Virus record (IMG/VR): IMGVR_UViG_3300004888_000001
Span: 1 to 55,935 of that record
Length of the DNA: 55,935 nucleotides
Source of the DNA: a virus
Direction: 5' to 3' (one strand)
Positions within the stretch are counted from its first letter, which is position 1. The number at the start of each line of letters is the position of its first letter. The notes below the pieces were generated by a model. The model worked only from the letters and a program-made list of their open reading frames with translations, ran no database searches and had not been told where the DNA came from. Positions 31,690-41,649 of this stretch are shown here, piece by piece. Both the position numbers and the translations under genes were made by a program.

Positions 31690-33276
31690 TTATGCAATCT
31701 CAGCCATTGCTGCATCAGGTAGATAGTTGAAGAAAGTTGCACCGAGCGTAAAACCCATGTGGTTTTCAGCACCCTTCTTTTCCAATGGCAATTTGATCGG
31801 CTCATCCTTTTCAACACCAACTCGACCACCGCCAAGAGAAAGCAACGGAATATCGTAAACGAATCCGGTATTGTCTTTGGTTGAGATCAGATTGAAGCCA
31901 GCATCAGCATTTCGCTTAACTGCATTTACGGCAGCAACGGTTGAGAAGTATGCTTCGACTTCACCAGTAACAACAAAGTTGCCCACAGTGATATCGAAAT
32001 TGCCAAGGTTTCCAATGCACTTGTTACCTGAAGCATTGTTTTCAATCGAGATTGAAGCTTCCATCACTTTAGCGTAAAGTGATTCAGGGGTTGCTTTCAG
32101 CGGATCGTTAATGAACAATCGCATCTGGAAAACATCGCTAGTTGTGTTGAACGCATCTTCGATAGGGAACGTCTCATCACGATTACCCGGTTTCAAACCG
32201 TCACTCCCTGATCGAAGCTCGTTATTCAATGCCATATAGGAAAGATCAGCAGTCATCTTGTCGGCAGTTGACAAGTTCAGAGTAAACTGGTCAGCTACTG
32301 CTCCGGTGATGTACTCCGATTGAACTCCGTTGTTGTCTTGACCAAGTGTTCGCTCAAACTGATAAGATCGACGTTTGATGAGAGCAGGATCATCTTCATT
32401 GCGAATGAAAGTACCGGTGTAAACTTGAACAAGTTTACCTGCACCTGCGTCATTGGCAGGGGTCCAAGTTGGCTCTTTAAGAGTCAAATAACCCGAAGTG
32501 ATTTCTTCAATTCGAGCATACCCTTGATTGTCATCGAAAAATGTGAGAGGGTTGTCACCACCGATGAAAATCCACTCGCCTACATTGTAACCAAGTAGGG
32601 TGAGATCCTGACTTGCACTTTGCAAACGAAGTTGTTCTGTTGTTGAAAACGAAACAGACAAATCACCAACAGGAAATTGAAAACCAACAACTTCAACTTT
32701 TGACTGAGGCGTTGCAGACTCAGGAACAAAGGTAGCCCCAGTAACGACTGAATCTCCCACCACTGAACTGATCGTTACGTTATTGCGATTGTTTGAGTTG
32801 TTACTCATGTTGGACAAACGCAAAATGTCACCCGTCTTGAGCTTACCCCCGCTACCAGTTCCGAAATCCAAACCGTTAGCTGTAAGAGCGGTCAACGTAA
32901 TCAAGTATTGAGCGTCGTCACTAATCGGTTGACTGCTTGGACGCTCGCGAGCATCAGCGAAAAAGAATCCCTGAAGCGGTCGCTGAAGAGCGCTGTGAGT
33001 AACATCTTGATTGAACCCCCCGGAAGCTTCGAGGTCGGTGATGACTCCCTTTTGCTCTTGGCGACTAGCTGTGATCGGGTCGCGAGCCGTGAGCGAAGTC
33101 TCGCCTCCGAAGTCGTCATATTCGTTCGGATTCATTGGTCGCCAAATGCCACCTGCGCGATCACCTACAACAGGACCGTCCGGCAAAACGCCGATACATT
33201 GTTCTTCGGCATAAGCCAAACCGGTGATGTTTGAATCGACTTTGTTTATTGGGCAGTTTGAGCTGTTAGCAGCCAT
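31690..33276 (-). CDS. Putative major tail protein (528 aa)
   Basis: It lies after the connector genes and before the chaperone, and is followed by two hairpins (high-expression signature). The call rests on position only. Confidence 0.45.
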   Translation of the reverse strand: MAANSSNCPINKVDSNITGLAYAEEQCIGVLPDGPVVGDRAGGIWRPMNPNEYDDFGGETSLTARDPITASRQEQKGVITDLEASGGFNQDVTHSALQRPLQGFFFADARERPSSQPISDDAQYLITLTALTANGLDFGTGSGGKLKTGDILRLSNMSNNSNNRNNVTISSVVGDSVVTGATFVPESATPQSKVEVVGFQFPVGDLSVSFSTTEQLRLQSASQDLTLLGYNVGEWIFIGGDNPLTFFDDNQGYARIEEITSGYLTLKEPTWTPANDAGAGKLVQVYTGTFIRNEDDPALIKRRSYQFERTLGQDNNGVQSEYITGAVADQFTLNLSTADKMTADLSYMALNNELRSGSDGLKPGNRDETFPIEDAFNTTSDVFQMRLFINDPLKATPESLYAKVMEASISIENNASGNKCIGNLGNFDITVGNFVVTGEVEAYFSTVAAVNAVKRNADAGFNLISTKDNTGFVYDIPLLSLGGGRVGVEKDEPIKLPLEKKGAENHMGFTLGATFFNYLPDAAMAEIA

Positions 33277-33286
33277 CTCGTATCCT

Positions 33287-33796
33287 TTAAGTTATTACGG
33301 AATCGTATTCATACTCCGCCAATACATTTGAGCGGTAATGGTTTTCTTCACTGGGCAAATCAACAATCACAGAGTTTCTAAACCAGAGACCCTGAGCGTT
33401 TCGTTGTATGAAGCATCGTTTAATCAACTGAGTCAATCGATCTTCATCTATTGTTTGGTAAGCTGTCTTGGAAAAGTAAACCTCAACCGTGACATAACCG
33501 TAAGTTGTATAATGAGTTCCCACAATGCTTTTACGCCCACCTGTGAAACTTCTTTGATTCTCACTGGTATTCTGCATTGCAAAGTGCAGGAAGTGTTCTG
33601 CGTTATCGTTTTGTCTCCGAGTTTCAACCTTCTGCCAGTATATCGTTGGGACATATACTTTGGATGATTTTAATTTCGTTAGACCCAACGGTGGAAAAAC
33701 AGGATCTTGATTTGGTATCCCATTGAGAACATAATTTCTAAAGCGGGTGAGGAACAAATTCCTAATTTCGTTCTTAGCCTGAACGTGATTAAGCAT
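33287..33796 (-). CDS. Putative tail completion/terminator protein (169 aa)
   Basis: Call based on position in the head-tail joining block. Confidence 0.4.
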   Translation of the reverse strand: MLNHVQAKNEIRNLFLTRFRNYVLNGIPNQDPVFPPLGLTKLKSSKVYVPTIYWQKVETRRQNDNAEHFLHFAMQNTSENQRSFTGGRKSIVGTHYTTYGYVTVEVYFSKTAYQTIDEDRLTQLIKRCFIQRNAQGLWFRNSVIVDLPSEENHYRSNVLAEYEYDSVIT

Positions 33797-34197
33797 TATG
33801 TTCCAAACTCTAAAATGTAAATGATCGGTGTGTCAACAGGTTGAACAGGGTCAATAGCTCGTACAACTAAATCTTTGCCTTGCCATCTAACAATGTCTTT
33901 AAGGTTGGGTTCAAAATCAGGATAGTGGTACATTATTGCATTGACTTGACCTGATCTAATTACTCTGTTTTTAAGGTACTTGAGCAGTTGCCGGTCTTCC
34001 AAGGCATCCTGCATGAATAATATTTTGATCGGAAATTCATCGCAATTTGGCTGTTCAACATTCCAAGGTTTGTTTTCATCGGGAATCTTATGGTTGGAGA
34101 TTTGAACCCATACGGCGTTGGGCTGTTTAATGCAGTCGTCAATCAACTCCATTGCACACTCAAGGAACTCAACAGTTATGTCTTCGCTCTCGTTCAC
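33796..34197 (-). CDS. Putative head closure/head-tail joining protein (133 aa)
   Basis: Call based on position. ATGA-type coupling at both ends. Confidence 0.4.
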   Translation of the reverse strand: MNESEDITVEFLECAMELIDDCIKQPNAVWVQISNHKIPDENKPWNVEQPNCDEFPIKILFMQDALEDRQLLKYLKNRVIRSGQVNAIMYHYPDFEPNLKDIVRWQGKDLVVRAIDPVQPVDTPIIYILEFGT

Positions 34198-34703
34198 GCT
34201 CTCAAGGTTTCCTTATGATTACAACATGATCCTCCGTTGCAACTATCACTGCTCAATACGGATTTCAAGAACATTTCAACGCTGGCAATACAAACTGGTT
34301 CTTTGGGATCAGCTCTGCCTCCAAACACTCCGTTGTTGCTATTCGAACCCGCTTGAAACTTTTTAGTAAGCGGGCCAATTGTTTTCTCGGTTACAAACCC
34401 CTCAACGCTGGAGGTTATAGGTTTAGGCCAAAGTCTTGTGCCTCGCTGTTGCTCAACAACCAATTGAGCTTGAGCGAACTTCAGGTTTTTCGGTATATCT
34501 GTAAAGGTACATCCGTGGTCGGCTAATCGACACTGGAGGTAGTCAAAAGCGATAATCAGAAATCGCTCTCTGTCTTCATTACTTGTGGGGATAGCAAAGC
34601 CCCGAGCATCAGCATAAGATGAAAGGAACTCAACGTCAGCATAGCTGTTAGCGTTTTCAACACCTGTTCCGTTTTCGATTATAAGACTACTCATAGTTTC
34701 CAC
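34194..34703 (-). CDS. Head-tail adaptor (gp6-like / DnaT-like family)
   Basis: The N-terminus IIENGTGVENANSYADVEFLSSYADARGFAIP...RFLIIAFDYLQ resembles gp6-like connector proteins. Position also fits. Confidence 0.5.
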   Translation of the reverse strand: METMSSLIIENGTGVENANSYADVEFLSSYADARGFAIPTSNEDRERFLIIAFDYLQCRLADHGCTFTDIPKNLKFAQAQLVVEQQRGTRLWPKPITSSVEGFVTEKTIGPLTKKFQAGSNSNNGVFGGRADPKEPVCIASVEMFLKSVLSSDSCNGGSCCNHKETLRA

Positions 34704-34759
34704 CTATAAAACTTGATCCGCCGAACCCAGAACTCGACGAATCAAGAACCGCGAACGGT

Positions 34760-35143
34760 TTACTTCGACAAAGACTTCAGAGCCGCGTTAAGCTTTTGTT
34801 GACCCTCGTAGTCTTCTTTGCGCTTCTTCGCGTTACGCGCCAGTTCAGCTTGAGCAACATCAGCAAACGACGGGGGGTCGTCTGTTGGAATCTCGTCTTG
34901 ACTCGTGCTTTGACGGGAGGTATCAGTGGTGGATGTTCCAACACTTACACTTTCGTCAACTTTAAACCACGGATGGTTTTCGGGAACCGGGTAAAGCTGA
35001 TGGGTTTCAGGAACTTGAACGTCCTTGGTCGCTTCCGCATACCAAGCATTCATCTCCTGCGGATTCATCAACCCGCCCTTCTCAGCCAGAACTTCACGCT
35101 CTGCCTGATTGGACTTGTTAACTTTCTGGATCTGGTATTTCAT
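34760..35143 (-). CDS. Hypothetical head-associated protein (127 aa)
   Basis: ORF track entry directly after the capsid gene. Confidence 0.5.
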   Translation of the reverse strand: MKYQIQKVNKSNQAEREVLAEKGGLMNPQEMNAWYAEATKDVQVPETHQLYPVPENHPWFKVDESVSVGTSTTDTSRQSTSQDEIPTDDPPSFADVAQAELARNAKKRKEDYEGQQKLNAALKSLSK

Positions 35144-35209
35144 ATCTACTCTCGTAAAGGTTAATCTTTAATCAGAACAATAGCTGCTTCAAGTCAACGC
35201 ACTGACTAA

Positions 35210-36277
35210 TTAGTTAGTGCGAAGGAAGGCAATAGGAACATTCTGACGGAAGTAGTTACGTTTCCAGTTGGCAGCCAATCGACAATCGGCCAGAGTTTGA
35301 CTGATGAAGCCAGTAGCGGCACCGTTACCGTTACGCTGACCACCGCTATTGACTGCGTTTTGGTTACTGTGACCAAAAGCGTGAATCATCCAAGTGTTTC
35401 GTTCATAAAGAACAGTTTCACCTGAACCGTTTCCGATAGAAGGGTCACGATCCAATTCGAAAGGAGTATCGTGAACACCCATACCGTAACCGATGGCGGC
35501 AGGTCCGAAAATGATTGTCAAGTAGCGAAAGCTACCATCGCCATTCGCTGTAACCGGAGCATTGTCGCTCACGATAACGCGATGACCTGAGTAGATCTCG
35601 ATAACTTTACCGAGAGTCGAGTCTTGAATGTACTCAATGTCGTTGTTTTTCAACAAACGAGCATGAATCGTTGGATGGATCAAGATAGAGTTCAACTCTT
35701 GAACTCGCTCACCCATTGTGAATCGAGCATCAACGAACGCATCGTAGCTGAACTCGGTAGCCGGATTGACTCCAGCGAGAGTACCTGAAGAAATGTCGAG
35801 AATCATATCTCCAGCGGAACCAAACCCGGCATCGATATTACCAGCAACATTGGCGTTGTAAACACCTTGCATACAGGCAATCGCTCGACGCTGCCATTGC
35901 CACATCCAATACTTACCGGTACGCTCACGGATGCGAGTCATTGGGTCAACACCCATTGTGAACTCACTGGTAAGATCGCGAGCAGCCCAGCTCTTGTTCA
36001 AGTGAGCCCGCTTGCCGCTCATTTCACCTTGGACGACCTTGCAAGGTGTTGAGCGGTCATCAGCATTGGAGCTGTAGTTGGGCTCATCTGTCGGATCGAG
36101 GTCGCGCCAGAAAGGCATGTTGGTAGTATCAGATTCAACGCGAGCTTTCGCGTCTAGCTCCGGTGTTCGGATGGCAACACCTGACTCAAACCAAATGGTT
36201 TGTTCAGGGTTGTTTTCCGGTTCGATGCCGCCATAAATTTCGACATCAATTACATCTTCAAGTTTCACGGTCGCCAT
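35210..36277 (-). CDS. Major capsid protein (HK97-fold type, 355 aa)
   Basis: It follows the scaffold gene and has a typical size. The calls for this gene and its neighbours rest on the portal-scaffold-capsid gene order. Confidence 0.7.
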   Translation of the reverse strand: MATVKLEDVIDVEIYGGIEPENNPEQTIWFESGVAIRTPELDAKARVESDTTNMPFWRDLDPTDEPNYSSNADDRSTPCKVVQGEMSGKRAHLNKSWAARDLTSEFTMGVDPMTRIRERTGKYWMWQWQRRAIACMQGVYNANVAGNIDAGFGSAGDMILDISSGTLAGVNPATEFSYDAFVDARFTMGERVQELNSILIHPTIHARLLKNNDIEYIQDSTLGKVIEIYSGHRVIVSDNAPVTANGDGSFRYLTIIFGPAAIGYGMGVHDTPFELDRDPSIGNGSGETVLYERNTWMIHAFGHSNQNAVNSGGQRNGNGAATGFISQTLADCRLAANWKRNYFRQNVPIAFLRTN

Positions 36278-36286
36278 GTTGGTAGC

Positions 36287-37048
36287 CTATGTTCGTTCGG
36301 ACTTTAGTTTCTGAAATTGCTCCGGGTCCGATCGCTTAATTGCCATCAATTCGCTCGGAGCGTAATCGCTATAAGTCTTAGGTCTACCTTCGTCGGTCTT
36401 ACCGTTCGGGAGCCCAGAGGACTTTCCGTCGTTGGCACTACCACCCGACGCTTTTGACACAACAACCATAGGGGCGAAGGACGGATTAGTCGAGAGATTT
36501 TTCTCCAGATTCTCGAAATTTTGATCCAGTGACTGCTGACCGGTTGTAGGGTCGAGAATGCCCACAGTTGGAACGTCACCGTCGATGATTCCCAAACGAG
36601 CCTCAACGTGCGGGAGCATCAAAGCAGCATTGGTTCCAAACAACTTGCTTGCAAGCTCAAGAGCTTTGGTTCTTCGTTGACCTTCAGCTACTTTTGTTAA
36701 AGCGTCTTTGCGATCAGCAGCCTCTTTTTTGCGCTCATCGGCATGGTCTTTTCGGATCTTGTCAACTTCCTGTTTGAATGATGCTCGCAACTCTTCAGCA
36801 TCAGTGATCTTTGAACGATCGGCTTCAAGTTTGTCAGCTTCAAGTTTGTCAGCAGCTTTCTTTGTTGCTGCGTGTTCCTTACGCTCATTCTCCAACGCTG
36901 ACATTAACCCTGCCGGGTCTTTGTCTGTCGTGAACACATTAGGTCCAAGATCAAGAGCATAGCTCAAGTCTGGCTGAATTTTGTATTCAGCTTTCATTTC
37001 ATCAGACAGGGCTTCGAATTCAGTTGAGTTAATTTTTACTTTGAGCAT
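36287..37048 (-). CDS. Scaffolding protein (about 253 aa)
   Basis: Charged, helical and Lys/Glu/Ala-rich, with a tandem ADKLE duplication. The internal ATG at 37048 reduces the overlap with the portal gene to 20 nt. Confidence 0.6.
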   Translation of the reverse strand: MLKVKINSTEFEALSDEMKAEYKIQPDLSYALDLGPNVFTTDKDPAGLMSALENERKEHAATKKAADKLEADKLEADRSKITDAEELRASFKQEVDKIRKDHADERKKEAADRKDALTKVAEGQRRTKALELASKLFGTNAALMLPHVEARLGIIDGDVPTVGILDPTTGQQSLDQNFENLEKNLSTNPSFAPMVVVSKASGGSANDGKSSGLPNGKTDEGRPKTYSDYAPSELMAIKRSDPEQFQKLKSERT

Positions 37049-38567
37049 TGTTATTATCCGTATTCTGGGTTTTACCATCCGTTCCGGCACCACCAACTGG
37101 TTCCGGTGGTTGTGGCATTAGTTCCTCTTTCATTGTCTTGTCAGACATGATTTCTTCTTTAGCTTTTTCGTGATCTGTTTCTTTAGCGATACCTGATCGT
37201 AACAAAGCTTCACGATGTTCTTTAAACGAAATCTCTCCGCCTTGATAGAGTTCAGAAGAAGCTCGAATTTCATCTGGGTCCATAGAGGTGAGATCAAAGT
37301 TTTCGTTGAGTTCAAGTTTGTGTTCGTCCTCATTGACTTCAATACTTATAAATGAGGCAGCTCTGACAATTGAAGCAAACAACGCCATCTGTAGATTGTT
37401 TCGAATGGTCATCAAAACCGATCGCTGACTTGCAGCTTCAATTTCGACTTCTTTCTCTTTCTTCTCAACCTTTTGATCCCGATTGATAATCTTGGCACCG
37501 ATCGAAAACATCTGGTCTTCTTTGTGAGTCATAGCTTCAAAAGCCAAACTGTTAGGTTCAGCTTGAAGCAATTGAGCGCTGGCTCCATCGTTCAAAGTTA
37601 CTGATACCCTACTCCCGAAAGGAATACCTTTAGGGAAGTAATTTTCCATCCAATCTTTAGTTAGTCCTGAATAAACAGGGGTAGGTTGACCTACAAGAAA
37701 TACCGACTCTTCATAGTCAGCACTATTTCGGAAGTGAGCAAGATTTAGATTAGCAAGGTTGGTAAACGGAGGTTCATCCATCTCCATATCGTTGTTTTCT
37801 GATCCGATAGGTTCAAAGGGAATCCCATCCAACGGAAGACCGTCCTTCCCACAGATATCATATCGCTCAACAGAGTCGCCGTCCTCATCGTAAATCTCGA
37901 CAGAGCAGCAATAATCTTCTCCAACTTTCGTCAAACGATAAACCCTCTGGCGAATCACAGTTTCGATATCAAACTCATTATCGCTTACTGGTTGCTCAAA
38001 TGCCTCATCAAGAACAAGCATTGTAAGTTTTTGAACAGTGCCAATACGTTCCACTTTCCAGTTTCGTATAGCCCAAGGTTCAAAGAATTTGATTACTGGT
38101 CTGAACTCACCACTGTCAATTTGACCTTGCGTAACTTCACCATTTGTAGGCGGAGCATCTGTCAAAAACCCACCGCGACCATAGGGTAATACGTGATTGG
38201 CTGCTTTACGAGCAGACTGTTCAAGAGTAAGACCGTTACCGTCCATATCTTCAACTAAAAACTCAAGACCGTCGGGTAGTTCGATCACCGGAGGGCGCAA
38301 GAATATCTGACCCACCAAAGCGTCACGAGTAGGTTGGCAAACATTGTAATAGTTTGCTCTAGTCATATAAGCTTTATATCGCTTATCGTTTGTACCTTTA
38401 CTGCAACAGGACGGAACAGGTAGGTACTTATCTTTGCGGTACTTCACTGCATGTTCACCCGCAATAGCGTCACTAATACGCTGGTATCGATCAGACATTT
38501 TCTCCAGCTCATATCGCTGAATCCTAACGTCTTGTTTCTTCTTCTGAGTTCGTTGTCTAACAGGCAT
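37029..38567 (-). CDS. Portal protein (about 512 aa)
   Basis: It lies directly after TerL. The ATG at 38567 shares a base with the TerL stop (TAATG). The track start at 38636 would overlap TerL by 70 nt. Confidence 0.7.
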   Translation of the reverse strand: MPVRQRTQKKKQDVRIQRYELEKMSDRYQRISDAIAGEHAVKYRKDKYLPVPSCCSKGTNDKRYKAYMTRANYYNVCQPTRDALVGQIFLRPPVIELPDGLEFLVEDMDGNGLTLEQSARKAANHVLPYGRGGFLTDAPPTNGEVTQGQIDSGEFRPVIKFFEPWAIRNWKVERIGTVQKLTMLVLDEAFEQPVSDNEFDIETVIRQRVYRLTKVGEDYCCSVEIYDEDGDSVERYDICGKDGLPLDGIPFEPIGSENNDMEMDEPPFTNLANLNLAHFRNSADYEESVFLVGQPTPVYSGLTKDWMENYFPKGIPFGSRVSVTLNDGASAQLLQAEPNSLAFEAMTHKEDQMFSIGAKIINRDQKVEKKEKEVEIEAASQRSVLMTIRNNLQMALFASIVRAASFISIEVNEDEHKLELNENFDLTSMDPDEIRASSELYQGGEISFKEHREALLRSGIAKETDHEKAKEEIMSDKTMKEELMPQPPEPVGGAGTDGKTQNTDNNNAQSKN

Positions 38568-40255
38568 TAGTAAGGGAACTCCGTTTGCATATTTGTTACG
38601 TAATGGTTCGAACCTTGAAGGATTCGATATCGCCAATCATCCCAACAGTGGTCGATGGCATCTGTATCAACATCGTCCAAGTCATCTTGGTCGCGAGGAA
38701 GTACAGGAAGTGTTTCAATTGAAGCCTCACAGTTGCGAGTCACATACAAGCCCGGACCTTCGCCCAAAACCGAAGCTTGAAAACGATCGCGGGCCAGTTG
38801 CAAACCAACCTTACGAGAACCCGGAGACTTGTCCGATTTGATAAAGCGAATGCCTTCATTTGCCATCTTCTGTTCAATGGTTTCAACGTCCGACTCACGA
38901 ACGTCACGGATCTGATTATCCGCAGGTCCGGCTTGAACAGGTCGCTGTATCCAACCATCTTTCAAAAGCTTTGCTTCTAACTCCTTACCTCTTATAGCAA
39001 TGTCCTTCGCAGACATTTTCAAACCCTTGTTCTGGCTAAAGTCCGGGTTGCCATAAGAGTCATTCACCACTCCGTAAATTTCAGCAATGCGGATCAAAGA
39101 CCCTCTCTGAGGGGTCCAGATGGACCCGTCCATCATTGTTACCTCTTCACCGTTCGCCTCAGCCCAAATGCCATAGCTGAACGGATGAGTGGAGCCCCAG
39201 TCAAATGTACGATTCACCTTCCAAGATTTAGGTACTTGAAATCTCGGTATAACGTGAACTTGATTTTTCCAAACATCGTCAAACGCACCACCGGCAGTAA
39301 CATCCCAACTACCGTCAACCCAAGCAGCTTTCAGATGCGGCTCGCGAGCGCAAGACTCAATCAGTCCAGCTTTGTAAACCGGATCAAGATATGGGTTTTC
39401 GTAGAACGATCCAAAAATAGCAACTTGCGTCCTAATGATTTTTCTATCTTCCCCAATAGCTGGATCGAAGTAAGAGATATCTCTGCGTACCAATTCCCCA
39501 TACTTAGCAGGTGTAATGAATCGCTTACGCACCCAACCATGCCCAGCACCTGATGGGTTCGTAGTGCTGAAGACTTCAAGCGGAATCGGCGGAAGTGGTT
39601 GTTGATTAGGAGTATCGTAAAACTGTTGATTACCTTGCTTGATTTTTGGAGTGTGGCTTTCAGGATCAAACGACGAACGATTGATTGACATAAACTTATC
39701 GTAAATGTCAGGAGTCGGGTATTTCGTTAATTCGTTCCAACCAACGAATGGGATCTCCCAACCGTGGAAGCCGTCGTAGTCTTCTAACTTCTTAACATGG
39801 CGGAACATCAGTTCTTCACCAGTAGGCCAAATCCATTTGTATTCAGTTGCTGAGTTAAGCCATTTACATCCATCTTCAAACTGTGGGAAGAAACGCTTAG
39901 ACTGCGCAATCATATCTTGCAAGTTCTTAAACTCGCGATCAAAGATAATGCCTCGCCAATATGAACCGTAACCGATGCCCACACGAGAGCGGAACTTCAT
40001 TATTTGAGTGATCGTCTTGCCCGGACCGCGAGCGCCGCAATAAAGAGTGTGGTGGGCCGGAGACGTTATCGCCAGCTCTTGAGAGGAACCTTCAATAGGT
40101 CTCCAAACAATATCGTAGTCCTGCTCAACTTGCTTTGGCTTCGCGGCAGGTTCTATTGTTCTTTTTAAGAGTTTAACCCCTTCAAGAACTTTACCGAAGT
40201 CAAACGATTCTGACTTTTCAGGAGCTACTGGGTATTGCCAAGAGTTAGCGACCAC
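38567..40255 (-). CDS. terL: Terminase large subunit
   Basis: 562 aa with an N-terminal P-loop (CGARGPGKT). Size and position before the portal gene fit. Confidence 0.8.
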   Translation of the reverse strand: MVANSWQYPVAPEKSESFDFGKVLEGVKLLKRTIEPAAKPKQVEQDYDIVWRPIEGSSQELAITSPAHHTLYCGARGPGKTITQIMKFRSRVGIGYGSYWRGIIFDREFKNLQDMIAQSKRFFPQFEDGCKWLNSATEYKWIWPTGEELMFRHVKKLEDYDGFHGWEIPFVGWNELTKYPTPDIYDKFMSINRSSFDPESHTPKIKQGNQQFYDTPNQQPLPPIPLEVFSTTNPSGAGHGWVRKRFITPAKYGELVRRDISYFDPAIGEDRKIIRTQVAIFGSFYENPYLDPVYKAGLIESCAREPHLKAAWVDGSWDVTAGGAFDDVWKNQVHVIPRFQVPKSWKVNRTFDWGSTHPFSYGIWAEANGEEVTMMDGSIWTPQRGSLIRIAEIYGVVNDSYGNPDFSQNKGLKMSAKDIAIRGKELEAKLLKDGWIQRPVQAGPADNQIRDVRESDVETIEQKMANEGIRFIKSDKSPGSRKVGLQLARDRFQASVLGEGPGLYVTRNCEASIETLPVLPRDQDDLDDVDTDAIDHCWDDWRYRILQGSNHYVTNMQTEFPY

Positions 40256-40722
40256 TAGACCACCTGCCCTTCGACAATTTTCGCTTGTTGAGCAATAGCT
40301 TTATTCTCCCAAGCGTCTTCATCAACTGTACCGTTTGCATTTAGCTGAGCAGGTACAACCATCACCTTATTGTTAGTCGTTGATGAATTGTTAATTGTGA
40401 TACCTGCTTTCTCAATAAAGCCTCGCATCTCAGCCACAAGTTTATAATTCTTAGGCATATCTGCAAAAGGATCGGTGCGAGCTTGTTCAATTAAGTCTCG
40501 GCACATTTCAGCTTTTGTAGGTAAGAAATGATCTTCACCGTGTTGCTCAATCAAGTCTTTCTTAAACTGTATGACTTCTGGGTCATGTGACCAAGCGTCC
40601 ATCATTTTCATTGCAGCGAAGGTGTCTCGCTGAGTTATTATCAAGGCAGCAGCATACGCATTGGTTGGTTGCTTTAACCACTCATACGCAAACGCTAATT
40701 TTATCTGTTGCTCTTGTGTCAT
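40255..40722 (-). CDS. Putative terminase small subunit (155 aa)
   Basis: It lies immediately upstream of TerL and is coupled to it. The call rests on position only. Confidence 0.45.
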   Translation of the reverse strand: MTQEQQIKLAFAYEWLKQPTNAYAAALIITQRDTFAAMKMMDAWSHDPEVIQFKKDLIEQHGEDHFLPTKAEMCRDLIEQARTDPFADMPKNYKLVAEMRGFIEKAGITINNSSTTNNKVMVVPAQLNANGTVDEDAWENKAIAQQAKIVEGQVV

Positions 40723-40940
40723 TGTCTTATTCGAAACCTACGATTAAAACGTCGGTTGTTGTTCATAAACCTTCGCTGACGCCAATCATCAAATTTGATT
40801 TGACGTTCTTCTCTTCTGTCATGTCTCCGTTGTTGACGTTGCTCTTGACGCTCACGCATATTGTGTAAAACACCGCAACCCTGAAAACGCAGGATTGCGG
40901 TGAGTGCAAGTATCGCGATTATTGCGTAGAGGTACTTCAC
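40719..40940 (-). CDS. Small membrane-anchored, Arg-rich protein (73 aa)
   Basis: N-terminal hydrophobic segment YAIIAILALTAILRF, then an RQ/RR-rich tail. Confidence 0.5.
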   Translation of the reverse strand: MKYLYAIIAILALTAILRFQGCGVLHNMRERQEQRQQRRHDRREERQIKFDDWRQRRFMNNNRRFNRRFRIRQ

Positions 40941-41611
40941 CAGTTTCTCACCACTCCAAATAAAGACCTACCACGCAACGCTCTACTTACGCCCCGACCG
41001 GCTTGACAAGTTCCATCGGGGCATTGTTCGTAAGAAACACTTTGAGTTGTTACTCGCTGAACAGGAATTCTAACAATGTCCCGCCTCTGGATCGGTACAG
41101 GCGCCACAATCGGCTGAGAACTGACAACGATCGCTGGAGCTGAGAGTAGGCTCGCGGAGCCGAGCTGTACGCTCACGTTCCCGCTGGAGCTTCCACTGAC
41201 CGTCTGAACCGGCGCGGGCGAGCTGAGTCTAACTGCGTTACCGTTACTCGAACCCGAACTTAAATACGAGGACGACCCCCAACCTCCCATCGTACTAACC
41301 GGATTTGAACGGTATTCAATAGCTGGCTGCGGAGTAGGTTGAAGATCAACGGAAGATGCAGTAAGTAAGGGTTTACCTTCGAGCTTGCTAACTCTACCTT
41401 CTAGTTGCTCAATCTCAATTGAGTTTGTTGTACCGACAACGATAGCTTCATCGAGGTCTTGCTTAATCTTACTAATATCAAAACTTCCAAGGTCACCTTC
41501 TTGTTGAACTGACGTTTCAGCTTTTTCCAAAAAGTCAAGTTCAGGGCTTGCAGCCATACAACTAACTGTTGCAAGGCTTAAAGCCACCACGCTAAAAAAT
41601 AAACGAATCAT
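40937..41611 (-). CDS. Secreted or lipoprotein-like protein (224 aa)
   Basis: Signal-like N-terminus MIRLFFSVVALSLATVSCMAAS and a Ser/Gly-rich centre. Confidence 0.5.
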   Translation of the reverse strand: MIRLFFSVVALSLATVSCMAASPELDFLEKAETSVQQEGDLGSFDISKIKQDLDEAIVVGTTNSIEIEQLEGRVSKLEGKPLLTASSVDLQPTPQPAIEYRSNPVSTMGGWGSSSYLSSGSSNGNAVRLSSPAPVQTVSGSSSGNVSVQLGSASLLSAPAIVVSSQPIVAPVPIQRRDIVRIPVQRVTTQSVSYEQCPDGTCQAGRGVSRALRGRSLFGVVRNW

Positions 41612-41649
41612 CTGTTCATCCTCAAAAAAATCAAACGGTAGGGTTTCTT